A stretch of DNA of 61,036 bases, counting the filler. It is 13 parts of 13 records of this genome, joined end to end, with 100 filler letters (N's around TTAATTAATTAA, not from the genome) between each part and the next. Parts side by side here need not be neighbours in the genome. Positions count along the whole stretch, not along the records: positions 44,034 to 48,056 come from SRR7504441_26746; positions 48,157 to 52,060 come from SRR7504441_26834; positions 52,161 to 56,215 come from SRR7504441_26854; 10 more parts are not named here. One strand, given 5' to 3'. The notes under the pieces were generated by a model that worked only from the letters and a program-made list of their open reading frames with translations, made no database searches and had not been told where the DNA came from. Of the stretch, positions 44,084-55,850 are shown in pieces; position 1 is the first letter of the stretch; each line of letters begins with the position of its first letter. A program made the translations under genes and the position numbers.

Positions 44084-44910
44084 TCAAATCGTGGCCATCG
44101 AGCCAAAGCACGGCCCGGCGACCAGATTGATCTCAAACCCCCAGCACGAGCGCGGCTGGTTGGCCAGGTGCCAATAGGTCTCCGCAATAGCCGCAGGGCT
44201 GCACCCGGTCAGCCAACGCGCCCCGGGGCGGCACCTCATGAACTCATCGTCAGGCTTATTCGGGCACCATAAATGGGTTCTCGGCTGATCAATCAGCGCG
44301 TCGATGATCACGTGGAACACGTGAATTCCCTTTGGTGCCATGTCACGGGCCAGCGACTGGGCCACAGCCCGCATCCCGCAGTTGCCAGCCGCTTTGGCCG
44401 TGGTGCTAGGCATCCCCCGCCATGACGCCGTGGCGCCCGTCACCCCAATCGCCCCTCGTCCGCGTGCAATCATCCCCGGGGTGACTGCCTTGGCAAACGC
44501 GAAGAGCGCACCTGTAACCGGGTCATCGCACCCGTCGGGTTGCGCTGTGCCTGGGCCGGTGCTCAGCGCGAGGTCCATCTCCTCCTGTGTCGTCTCCTCG
44601 AACGATTTAAACGGCCCAGCGCTCGTGTTGACGATGAGCACTTCGATCGTGCCTAGATCGGCCTCTATTTGGGTCAGGACTTGGTGCAGCTGCGCGTGCT
44701 GGCTCACGTCGCACTGGTAGCCTGGCCCCGCTGGATGGGTGCGGCCGGTGGGTCACCGCGCGTGTTGGGGATCTGGGCAGCGAGTTTGTCGAGGTTTTCT
44801 TGTCGTCGGGCGATCATGGCCACCTGAAAGCCCTCCGACGAGAACTTTGCGGCCACGTGCTCCCCAATCCCGCCCTCGCCCACGCCAGCGACGCAGCACA
44901 CTCTGGCCAT
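44084..44910 (-). CDS. Short-chain dehydrogenase/reductase (atypical subfamily)
   Basis: VAGVGEGGIG, YQCDVS, TGATASWRG, AQSLARDMAPKGIHVFHVIID, AIAETYWHL. Confidence 0.88.
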
Positions 44911-44915
44911 TGCTC

Positions 44916-44933
44916 TAACGGATTTTATAACGG
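44916..44933 (+). promoter_or_regulatory. Tandem TAACGG boxes in a 59-bp bidirectional promoter
   Basis: TAACGG at 44916 and 44928 between ATGs 44910(-) and 44970(+). Confidence 0.55.
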
Positions 44934-44969
44934 AACTGAACTCCCGGCTTCCATTGGGTGCATCCCGGG

Positions 44970-46625
44970 ATGGATCTGCAGGCCTTGGAGGACCTATGCC
45001 TGTGGCTGGAAGAGTCGGCGTGCCTGCCGCTCGCCGGTATTCCCTGCCGCCGGTATCCCCAGCCCAGCTCAGCCGGCCGCAGGGCACAAGGGCCGAGTGT
45101 TCGACGCGGCCTTCGGTGAGGTCATCCTCCCCTGCGTCGGGGCCGTCCCCAAGCCCACCGCGGCAGTCGCCACGGCCTGCGAGGACGGCAAGGCGCGACC
45201 AATACCCCCGGCAGGCCCGGAGCCGGCGGGTAGGTGCGGGTGTGGGATCGGGCTTCGCGGGGGCTGGTCCGAACCCTGAAAGCACACACGAGCGAGGCCA
45301 TGCGAGTGGCCTGGCACCACCTGGCCGACGCCTCGAGCACCTCCACGCTGGTCTCCGGCGGGACCGACGGGGAAGCGCTGGTCTGGGACGTCAGCCGGTG
45401 CCGGGCGCCGCACGGCGGCCGGGAGCCTCTGGGGGTCAGCGGGGGAGCGCCGATGATCCAACTCCGCCACAAGAAGGAGAGCCAGATTTACGTTTGCGAG
45501 TGGTGCGGTCCGGCCGGGTCGGGTGGGTCAGCAGAGGGCAGGTTCCCGCCGGGGTCCGCGCTTGCTGATAAACTGATCACCGGAGCCGACGAGATTTTGC
45601 ATATTTGGGATATCAATTCCGCCCAGCAGGTGCCCGTTCAGCTGCCTGGCTCACGGTCGGGCAGATCGTCGAGTGGCCGTTCGCTGTGAACGCCAACACC
45701 ACCCAAGTGCTGGGTGGCGCTAACAGAAACGCAGATCAGCTGCCTTATGTGTTTGATGCAGCTGTGTCACCAAAGTGCGATCCTGGCCGGCTGATCCGCT
45801 CACCGGGGCGGGCAGGCTCGGCGGGGGCAACGTGGTGATTCTGGGCCTGGGCGACGGCACTGTCCGGATGATTGACGCGAGGCAGCCTCCTGGCAGCGAA
45901 TGCTTCTCCACGGTGAAAACCGCTCACCTGCGCGATGCTCTGATCAGCGTTGATCAGCCGGGGCACGAGAAATGGACCACGTCGGTCGCACTGTCAGACT
46001 GCACCACCAGCCTGGCGGCCTCGTACGGCAGGCGCCTGCCGTGGCAACTGCTGGTGTGACACGGTGTTGCAGCGGGGCTTGTTGTGTGTGGGACCTCAGG
46101 AAGGCGGGCGCTGAGTGGGTGCCGCGCTGTACGATCATGGCGCACAGCCGGCCGGCGTTCGGGTGCCGCTTTTGGCCAGGGTCCAGCCGGCTGCTCCTGT
46201 CATGGTCGGGATGCCAAAGCTGTGCATGTGAGGGGGTCGCAGGTCGTCAGATGGGTATCTTAAGCTCGTAACGGTAGCCGGATCGGCCCCGCGGGCTTTA
46301 GTCGAGAGGAGCTTCGAGCCGTGCTCCATCTATCACTGTAGCTTCAGCCCTGACGGCAAGACGGTAGCGCTCACAGGAGGAGCAGAGTAAGAGCATAGCT
46401 CGCCTGATAGGCTCACCCAACCGGGGCAGCGATGACAAGCAGATGCAGGCAGGATTGCTCCATCTGGCCGCGGACGAGCCCGCAGGTGCCTGTCTCGGGC
46501 GGCTGTTGGCGACGATTGGGTGTAGTTGAGCCGGCGGCTGAGCCGAGTGCTGCGCCCGCGCCTGCGTCAAGGCCGAGTGCGATGTCAGCGATTATGGGGG
46601 ATTACTAGTCCCGCGTGCATTGTAA
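44970..46625 (+). CDS. WD40-repeat protein, many introns (3' end approximate)
   Basis: GHKGRVFD, ACEDGKARVWD, AHTSEAMRVAW...SGGTDGEALVWD, LHIWD, GDGTVRMID, GHEKW, CCVWD. Confidence 0.8.
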
Positions 46626-46791
46626 TGCCAGTCACTCGGACTGCTTGATTACTATATACATAAGCGTAATTTACACGATACAACTAGATTTTGTACAAGT
46701 ACTCGGCTCTTTTGTTTGTGTTGTCTACGATATCGATAGCCCTACTGTACTATACGTCGTCCGAGATACAATCACAATCGTGATGCACAGC

Positions 46792-47222
46792 TCAAAAGTC
46801 CTTGTAGCCGCCGTGCGCGGCAATCGGAGACAGCCCCACCAGGTTCTCCTCTATGGCCTCGAGCATCTCGTAGATGTTGTACCGCCGTTTCCGCCGCTTT
46901 CCGTCCAGGAACTTGGTCCTGCCAAAACCGGTCAGAGAACCCCCTCGGGCCAGACCCACCACTCCTCGAGGGACACCTGGCCTGTCCAGCCGTCAGCATG
47001 GCCGCTGTCCGGCCGGCCCACCGTCGCTGTCGGCGTCGCAGTCCCGAACGCACTCGGCAGCCATCTGGGCATCGTCGAAAGCCACTGCGCCGCCGTCAGG
47101 GTCGGCCACGGCTCGCCCTCACCCGCCAGCTCGGCTTGCGAGAGCTGCCCGTCGCCGTTGGCGTCTATCCGTTTGAACACGCTCGCCATCCGCTCGAGCA
47201 GCTCCGGCTCTAGAGGCTGCAT
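46792..47222 (-). CDS. Small two-EF-hand calcium-binding protein, 3 introns
   Basis: DANGDGQLSQAE and spliced DADSDGQVSLEE loops; stop TGA at 46792. Confidence 0.8.
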
Positions 47223-47251
47223 TTCCCTGCCGATTCCCCGAGGACCAGCAC

Positions 47252-47267
47252 TAACGGTAAATAACGG
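47252..47267 (+). promoter_or_regulatory. Tandem TAACGG boxes in a 50-bp bidirectional promoter
   Basis: cTAACGGtaaaTAACGGt between ATGs 47222(-) and 47273(+). Confidence 0.6.
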
Positions 47268-47272
47268 TCAGC

Positions 47273-48056
47273 ATGGTGGAAGTGAACGTGGAGCTCTGGA
47301 ACGGCTACCTGGACGACATCGGCCGGCAGCCGGGCCGGGTGGGTGGTCTGATTGGCCGGGCAGGCACCTGAACGACGAGGCGTACCCTAAGTACACGCTG
47401 ACCGAGATCCGCGCCTTTGGCGGTGCCTGCTGCGGCCCAGCTGGCGCTACAGCGCTTCGGCAGGCAAGTGCAAGGCGTTGATGCAGGAGCTGCGGCGGGT
47501 GTCCGCGCGGTTTGATCAGCTGAAGGCCGAGCACCGGGTTGAGCAGTCGAGGCTCGAAGATGAGCTCAAACTGTCTCAACTGGAGCTGGAGCACTCGGAG
47601 CAACGGACCGCCGCCGCAGCCGCCCAGACCGAAGCGCTGCGGCGGGCCAAGGCACGGGCTGCCCGGGGGGGGTCCGAGCGTGGGGGCGGGCAGGATGCGG
47701 AGATTGAGCAGTGGCGGCGCAAGCTGGCGGCGGAGGAAGCAGCAAGAGCCGGCGATGTGCGTCGGCTTGGGGAAATCATGGAAGGCTTGCGTGGGGAGCT
47801 GGCCGATAGCGAGATACGGCACCAGCAGCAGCTGAGCGAGGCGAATAAGCGGGCGGCCGAGCTGGAGGCTGGTCTGATGCGGGCGGAGCAGACAATTGCA
47901 GCGAGGGACCGCGACTATGCTGAGATGGTGCTCGTGAAGGACTCAGAGATCGCGGAGCTGGAGAGGCGGCTGGAGGAGGCGGCTGAGCTGCTACGAAGCA
48001 AGGAGCGGGAGGTGGTCCGGCTGCGGGCCGAGCTGCAGAGAGTCCAGGACGAGCTC
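47273..48056 (+). CDS. Coiled-coil protein, 3' partial
   Basis: Two short exons, then an E/R/L heptad ORF to the contig end. Confidence 0.6.
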
Positions 48057-48156
48057 NNNNNNNNNNNNNNNNNNNNNNNNNNNNNNNNNNNNNNNNNNNN
48101 TTAATTAATTAANNNNNNNNNNNNNNNNNNNNNNNNNNNNNNNNNNNNNNNNNNNN

Positions 48157-50941
48157 CACAACTTGACGCTCGACTGGGTCGGGTTGTGGAATGAGCACTG
48201 GGAGGCGGACCAAGTCATGTTTGGTGCGTTAATCCTCTACCATGGCGATGCTAATTGAGTGGGCAGCGTTCGCCAAAGAGCTCCGGCGGCAGCTCGACGG
48301 TGCTGGGCTGCAGGCGACCAGAATCATTGGGCCCGATGCTTTTACCAACGCAGCCGAGACGCTGTGCCAGGGAATGCAACGGGACCCGGAGCTGAATCGA
48401 GCGATAGACGCGATTGGGGTCCACGGATCCATCCCTGGGGCGGGCTCAGCGTGCCAGCAGCTCGCAGATCAGCAGCATCTGCCACTGTTCGCATCCGAGG
48501 ATGGCAGCACCTACGGCGACACCACTGGGGCATTGCAGCGGGTGAGTGACTGTAATGATGAATATCTTAAATCCAAGTCTCAAGGGTCCAATTTCTGGAA
48601 CCCGTTTGGAGCATATTACCCAGGGATCACTTTTTATGGACATTCTCTTCTCGATTGTCATCATCCGTGGTCAGGACATTACCTCGTGCGTTCGCCAATC
48701 TGGGCAGCCGCACATCAGAACCAGCATACACAGGTTGGCATGTGGTACCTCCCCAACGCGTCTGGGCCGCTCGCATCGGGATGTGGCTCGATGATGAGCA
48801 CTGTTTCGCCTGACGGGACAAACTTTACGATTGTGATCGAGAGGAACGACTTGGCTCCAGTGGGATCGACAGGGGCCGGCCACGCTCCAGCATCGTGCCC
48901 GATAGAGGCAGCCACATTCGAGTTGAAAGGCAGGCTGCTGCCTGCTGTCTCGAAAGTGGCTGTCTGGCTTAGCCAGTTGGACAACGACACTAAGCCCATC
49001 AAATTATTTGAACGGCAACATGATGTGGCTGTGGTGGACGGCAAATTTAGTGTAATTCTCCCACCTCGATCGCTGGCGACAATCACATCGCTAACCGACA
49101 TTGGAAGGAAGGGCACTCATAAAATACCGCCCCCAGCAGCCCCATTTCCGATGCCTTATGCCGATGACTTTGAAGGATATCCGAAGGACGGTTCCAATTT
49201 GGCTCGGTACTTTGCGGATATGAGTGGCGGTTTTGAGGTTATTGCAGACCCGACTACTGGAAGCGGGGTGCTGGCTCAGCGGACACCGATAACTCCGATT
49301 GGGTGGTATGGGCTTCGGGCAGATACCGTACCCTACACCACTATTGGCAGTTTTGATTGGTCCGACTACGCTGTTTCCGCAGATATCCACTTACCGGAGC
49401 CAGCAGAGGCATTGTCTGGTAATTTAGGCTGGGTGGGAGCTCGCCTTGGTGGGGATCCCGAATGTGACGGCCCTTCTCCCATCTGCTCCAATCCGTGGGG
49501 CGTATTTGCTGTAATTTCCAATCAGCCTGCCAGCGGTGGCAGGGAGTTACGATTGCATCTGCGCTTGGGCACAATCGCCGATCCGAGCACGCAACTGTTC
49601 AATGCAAGCCTTGCGACATCTGATACCGGCTGGTCACGCGTCGAGCTCTTAATGCAAGGAACAAAAGCGACAGTTCACGTCGATGGGAAGTTGCTGTGCG
49701 ACCGTTTTGATGTGAGCGGCCCTCCCAAAGCTCCAGGACCTTCCAAGAGCTTCCTCCCTCAATCCGGATGGGCTGGTCTCGGTGGGGGGCCGGACTACTC
49801 AACAGCTTTGTACTTTGACAACTTCAGTGTGGCACCCGGGGCTGGGGCGGCGGCATCAACAGTCTCCCTGTGCTCTGCAACGCTCAGAAGCGGTATGTCG
49901 GTGGTCGGAGTCCCTTGTGGGCTAGATGTTCCAGGTCTGGCGTTTGATCTCAACCACTTAGCCATGCCGAATGGCACCTCCAATGTGATTGTTACACCAC
50001 GCGCTGCGCCACATCTGTGTGTGGCCAAGGCAGAGACAACATTGCAGCTGCTACCGTGTAACAAGAGCGACATCGCACAGCACTTTGTCTACGACCGAGA
50101 CCGAGCGACCATCTCAGCCGGGGCTGCAGGCGGAGGAGGGAAACCAGCCTCACCGTGGCAAACATTCACACCTGGGCAGGGCATTAAGTATGGGAAACCA
50201 TATCAGTCCGGCCAAATCATCACTGCAATCAGACATCTGCCGCAGCACCAGGAGCAAGAGGAGCTCGAGTTCCTGGTCGACGGAAAGAGCCAAGGGCGGG
50301 TGAAAATGCCGCTGACGTTACCAGACGATGCAGTTGGCTGCATCGGAGTGTGCAATCAGCATGAATCCATCGCCTCTGCAAGTGCGGTGGCACCTGCACT
50401 CTTTATTAATGCACCACAGCAGCATGGGCCGCAGGTGAGTGTAGCTCAGGATGGCCGGAATGCCTCCTGGGGAGACAGCTCATGCAACCAGCTAGCCATT
50501 GTTGACCCAAAGAGCTCGGATGTTGGGAGCCCATCATTCTCTTTGAAGCTTGACCGCTTCGATGGGGTCGGATTTATCGACATTGGCTGGTGCTCGAAAA
50601 GCCTCGACCCAACTGGGAAGAGCTGGACGGCATATGGAGGCGGCAAGTGGATGGGCTACCAAGGTGTGGATCTCGATTGGGTCTATCGAGCAAATGGGCT
50701 GTTCAAGGCCTCCACAGACGGTGAGGGCGGTGGTGCTGGATCAAGTCATCAGTGGTGCTTTCCTGATGACGATGACTTCAACCGCGGGACGGTGCGACCG
50801 TGGGGAATAGCAGAGGTTGGCCCAAAGGCTTGTACAGCAGCCAAAAGTGGTGGCGAACTTGTGATGTTCGACGTCGAGTTGGGTGCATTGCGCACGATGG
50901 CAGATACTCAAGGCGGACTATGTTATGGCGTTTGTCGCTAG
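48157..50941 (+). CDS. GALC: GH59 galactocerebrosidase-like glycosidase with C-terminal lectin/ricin-like region and SPRY-like insert (5' partial)
   Basis: GLWNE (acid/base), IDAIGVH, PLFASED (nucleophile), PWSGHY..RSPIWAAAH, PFPMPYADDF, YFADMSGGFE. Confidence 0.82.
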
Positions 50942-51002
50942 CCTTTATAGAAGCTGAGCGGTGTGCCTGAGTATACACTGATGCTGTAATGTTTACATGT
51001 AG

Positions 51003-52060
51003 TTATGGTAATCCAGTTCCTCTAGTTTTAGCTCGAGCTCCTATCGAGCTCCAGTACACTAGCCTCTTTTCCTCATCGGCGTCGGCTCTCTCCTTGTGCC
51101 CAGCGGTAGTTGTATTGAAACGCTCCACCTGCTGAGCACTCAGCCAGGCTAAGCATAGCAGCTGCCTGGGTGGCCAGCCTGGCCTGTTTGGTCTCAAACT
51201 CCGCAAGCTCTTGCTTTGTCTCGTCATCATCGCCATTATTCAGCACCAACTGACCACCCCCAGCCGCTCTCGCCTGCCCAGAGCCCGCATCGACCTCTCG
51301 CAGTTGCTCAACCTTGACAGCCAGCGCTTCGGTGGCCTTGCTCAGCTCGTCGGCGAGTTCCTGTCCCAGCTCGGTCTACTCGCCAACCATGGTGCACCTT
51401 GGTCGAAAAGTTAAACGTCTCGTAGAACCACGTCTTGAACTGATCCACCGACCATTCGAGCGCCTCCATGTCACCTGCTTCGCGCACCTACCTTGGCACT
51501 CAGCCAGGTCCGAGGCCAGTCGGCACAGCGTCCTTAATATTCGTAGACAGTACGGGCATTCCAAGATTCATCTGCCAGGCGTTCGGGTGCCGGGCTCGGA
51601 CCGACTTACAATCAGATTTAAAGTGAGACCCTGGAGCTCGCTGGTGCTGTTCAGCGTGCCGCTCAGGTCCAAGTCATCTGTCCACCACCACTGAGCCCGC
51701 CCCAACCCAGCCAGGGCACAGCGGTTGAAGAAATCTCGGATCATGTCAGGCGACGGGATCAGCTGCCAGCCCGTCGCGATCAGCCTCGGCGCAAGGGGTA
51801 GCAAGATTACCACTTTGCCTTGTTCGTCAACAGGTGGAGACGACATGAGACCCTCTAGGCGCTCGAGTAGCTGACCAGAGGGCATCTCTTCTGGGTCCGT
51901 GAGCTCAGGCTGTTCCGGCTCAGCATCAGCTCCGACTCCAAACATTGGATTGTCGTGATCCTCAATCTCCACAGCGGTCTTGTCCTCAGGTGGAAATTGC
52001 TGGTCGAGCCAGGTGCACACTGGCACCACAAGCATGGCGAGCAGAGATAATGCTGTGAAT
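51003..52060 (-). CDS. 3' part of an unknown multi-exon protein
   Basis: Coding-like minus-strand segments 51568-52035 and coiled segments downstream; structure not resolved. Confidence 0.3.
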
Positions 52061-52847
52061 NNNNNNNNNNNNNNNNNNNNNNNNNNNNNNNNNNNNNNNN
52101 NNNNTTAATTAATTAANNNNNNNNNNNNNNNNNNNNNNNNNNNNNNNNNNNNNNNNNNNNCCTGTCCTCCGATGACGACTTCTAAGCGTTATCGCTTGTA
52201 ACATCAACACCAACGATAAGCTCACGGGCGCGTCGTAGAGCGCCATAGGCGCGACACCTGCTGGAGTGGCCATTGCGAAAACGCGATTAGAGGCTACTCC
52301 TTGCGGGGAGGACAACCCCAACGCAATAAAAAATCTAAAAATTTCCAACCTTTCTTCCTTGATAGTTTACTTCTTCCTGTGCATCCGGTCGCATGCCTGT
52401 GGAGGCTATCCCATCCAATATCGATGGCACTCGAGCCCACCAACGCGTGATGGTCGTTGCCTTGCGCTCAGTGTCGCTTGCGGCGCCAACCGCCTCTTTT
52501 CAATGCCTGAGGCTGGTGGCTTGGTTTGGATCCGTTGGCTCGCACTTAGCTCCGTAGAGCTCAACGCTACGCGTAGGCGGGGGGTGAGAGTCTTGTCATC
52601 CTATTTTAAGTATTAGTTTAATCATTCCAATCGATGCGTCGCTACAGTCCGTCTGTTGTTCACTCCCACAACTGTCATTGTGAGTGAGCTCAACAGACAG
52701 CAGACTGCCGGCCTCCACATAGCTGCCCGCGATCAGAGTGCGCCAGCCTATACAGCCCGATGAGCGCCCCCAGCCCACTGCCAGCTTTTGCTGTATGCCA
52801 GAGCCCAGTAGCCCTAGGGTATTTAAAAAATTGACAAGCCAATCGCA

Positions 52848-54758
52848 TCACGATTTGAGTGCCTGAGCCAGCTCCTGCCGCCGGCGTTAGCTCGGGCAGG
52901 CCGGTGGTTCATACCCCTATGATGGCCTTCGAGATACACACCCCGCCCAGTATTCGCTCTGGCAGCTCGTCGGCCTTCTTGGATTCTAAAATCCACCTGC
53001 CAGCCGGATTCGGACACTGTGCTGGGTCGCATCCTTACGAGTATTCCACAACAATGTCGGCAAACTCCTTGAGGATGATGTCCTTGACTTTAGTCGCCAC
53101 CCACGACGAGCTAATGTCTACCGAAACCTGCGCCCGCTCTGAGCCAGCCCCGAGCCAGCTCGCACTTCTACGTAATTCTTGCCTGTGAAATGAGACTGCT
53201 TGAGCCTCTTGCCTGCAGCCACCGGAGTCACCACACGCCCACGCCCCCAGCCACCCAGAATCACAGGCCTCATGCCTCCGAGCGTTTTAATTGCGCCCAT
53301 CACAACTGCGGGTGCCACCAGCAGCTTTGGCAGGAACTTGAGCCTTGTGTCACGGTATCTGCCGCCGGTCAGCCCGACCGGGCCATGCGCGGCGGACTTC
53401 TCGTTCCCCGCTAGGTATCTTTCCCACACCCGATCAAACGCCGGGTCCTGACCTGAATGTCTCGATCAGCCACCCGCGCTATTGGTTATGAATTGATTAT
53501 TCGCTCACCTGGTTGGATGATCTTCTCCAGCAGGTGCACCACTGCATAATACGGCGGCCCTGCACACGCTCACCCAAGGCCGTGCACGAGAGACCACCCG
53601 GCAGCGCCCAAATCGCAATAAAAAAGAATCTGCCATTTGCCTCGTTCGATGCCAAGAAATTTCTGGCCCAGATGGTGTTACGAGCGCTGAAAGTGCGGCA
53701 GGGGCTGGGCAGCTACCGGAGCGACGGTATGGACTGGGCGTAGGGGAGTGCTAGCTTTTGCTTGGATTTGAAGACCTGACCGGGTTGGGTGGATGCCTGC
53801 TCATGCTCACCTTGCTGGTCATGAGTCTCATCGCAGGATCGCCAGATGGCGCCTTCACCTGGACCAGACCGATCAGTCGGCCCCCGCTCTATCCGGCAGC
53901 GGCTCACCTTATCTTTGAGATAGTTAACAGATCGCACGCTTGGCAACTCCTGCAAAGGACCCCAGCAGTGCCGGTGTTCGGGCGGCTTGGCCTCATATCG
54001 CCAACGCTCGCCCTCGTGCCGCCAGTCAGCCCCGCTGTCCTCACCTGCCGTCGCTGCTCAGCCCCGCCAACGGACTCTGTTGCCGGCGGCCCCCCCGCCG
54101 TCTTCCGAGAACTCCACGTGTACCGGATTGCCAAAACCCGAGGGCGGCGGAGGCTGGAACTGCCCGATGGTAACCGACGGAACCGGCCGCCCGGCCACCT
54201 TGGGGTGCTTGGATGCCTCAATCAGCATCCGGTCCTTGTCTCTGTATTCGATCTATGGCTCACGGTCAGGCCACTCCAGCCCTCGAGCCGGCACCTTGAA
54301 CAGTTCAGACTCCTGGAGTAACACCTCGAGCAGCTCCGCGAACGTGAAGTGCCCCAGCTTGCTCGGCTCGAACGAGTGCAGCGCCTTTCCCGCCGGCTCG
54401 GCCAGGCCGAGGGCGGCAGTGTGCACCTGCTCGAGCGCGTACTCGACCTCAATGTCGGACCGCTCTAGTGCGCCGCAGGCCGCGAACCGCTTGATCACCT
54501 TGCGGGCGCAGTCAAAGTCGATCCGCCCCACGCCTGGCCGCACTCAGCCGCGCCCGCCCCCGGCGGCGGGGCACCGCGGGCGTCGGCGGTGTTGAAGAGC
54601 TCCAGCAAGAGCTCGAGGGCAACCCTCTCCGGCTGCCGCCTGGTGAGCCGAGCCCGGCGTGGGGCAAGCGCCTCCTGCCCGGCGTGTTGGAGTAAAAGCT
54701 GCTCGTCCGTTGGCTCCCAGTACTGGACGGACTGGGTTGTGCTCTGGCAGGCCCCCAT
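52848..54758 (-). CDS. EDR2_C (DUF1336) domain protein with an acylation-type N-terminus and EF-hand-like segments
   Basis: MGACQS start; SVRSVNYLKDK|VKAPS; RDTRLKFLPKL...PVIL|GKRLKQSHFTGKNYVE|VSVDISSS; DELPERILGGV. Confidence 0.75.
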
Positions 54759-54973
54759 GCCCGCCCCCGCGCCGGGCAGGTCGTAAGTGATCCGGAAGCG
54801 AAGGGAGCGGCGGGCGGGCGGTTCGGGCGAGTGCTCCGAGCGGCTGGTGCTCCCGCCGATCTTGAACGGCCTGGGTAATGTGGCAAGACGCCTTGGCAGG
54901 TCAGCGTGGGCCACAAAAACTGCAAGACCTGGTGGCGGGAAATCCCTGAAAGCGGAGCTGTGCCTAACTGAAA

Positions 54974-55850
54974 ATGCGCGGTGTGGTCTGGTTGCTGAGC
55001 GCGCTGGCCTGCCGCGTGGCGCAGGCGGGCGAGTGCGTGTCCTGCCCGAGCAGCCACGCCTCGGCCTACGCGTCCACCGCCCTCGGGATGAACACCTCCG
55101 CCGGCAACTTGCTGCTGGCGGTGCTGCACCGGCTGACTCACGGGGCCAGGCGGCTCGGCCTCGTTCGCGATCGGACTCAACACCCGGACGTTCTCCAACC
55201 CCAAGGCCCAGGGCGGGAACAGCTCGTGCGGCGGGTGCGTGGCGATGAACTGGTGGACTGTGGCCCAGGGAGACTGGTCGGTGGCCACTGGCTCTCACAC
55301 CAAGGCAGTAGGCTACGCTTCAACCAGCATGGGCGAGGGCACCCAGGCCAACAGCTTTGGGGAAGTCGCCATGGGTGTGCGCCTCTCCGGTGTGGACTGA
55401 CGGGGCCGGACAGGAACTTACAGCGAGGTCGATCCTTGGAGGTTCGGACAGGACGTCATCCCAACAGTGCCTGCCTGGGGCACCAACCGCTCTACCGACC
55501 TCGCACTGCGCATCGGCATCGGCTACTGCGCAAAGTATGCGGGGAGTCCAAACCCGTTCGAGGTGTGCGCTTCCCCAGTCCGGATGGACGGGCTGCGGCT
55601 GTACAAGAACGGCACCCTCTATCTGAGAAAGAGCGGCGGCTCCGCTCCCTTGACCGACGTGCAAGGTGCGATTGAGACGCTTCAGGATGAAAACAAGGCG
55701 CTGCGAGCCGAGCACGAGGCGCTACGAGGCAAGTACGACGCGCTGCTCACCAGCCACCAAACGGCGGCTCAGACTGCGAACGAGGCTATCGCAGCATTGG
55801 CTGCTCGACTGGATGCACTTGAAACCAAACCGTCCGGAGGACGCTCGTAG
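54974..55850 (+). CDS. Secreted YadA-head (Hep/Hag)-repeat protein with a C-terminal coiled coil; 2 introns
   Basis: Introns 55104-55149 (GC-AG) and 55375-55413 restore 14-aa repeats ASAYASTALGMNTS/AGGSASFAIGLNTR/AQGDWSVATGSHTK/AVGYASTSMGEGTQ/ANSFGEVAMGTYSE. Confidence 0.75.

Noticed and set aside
48157-50941. Lower-GC, nearly intronless GH59 contig as bacterial contamination
   Set aside because: Contains a 43-nt GT-AG intron of the host type between the WNE exon and the main ORF
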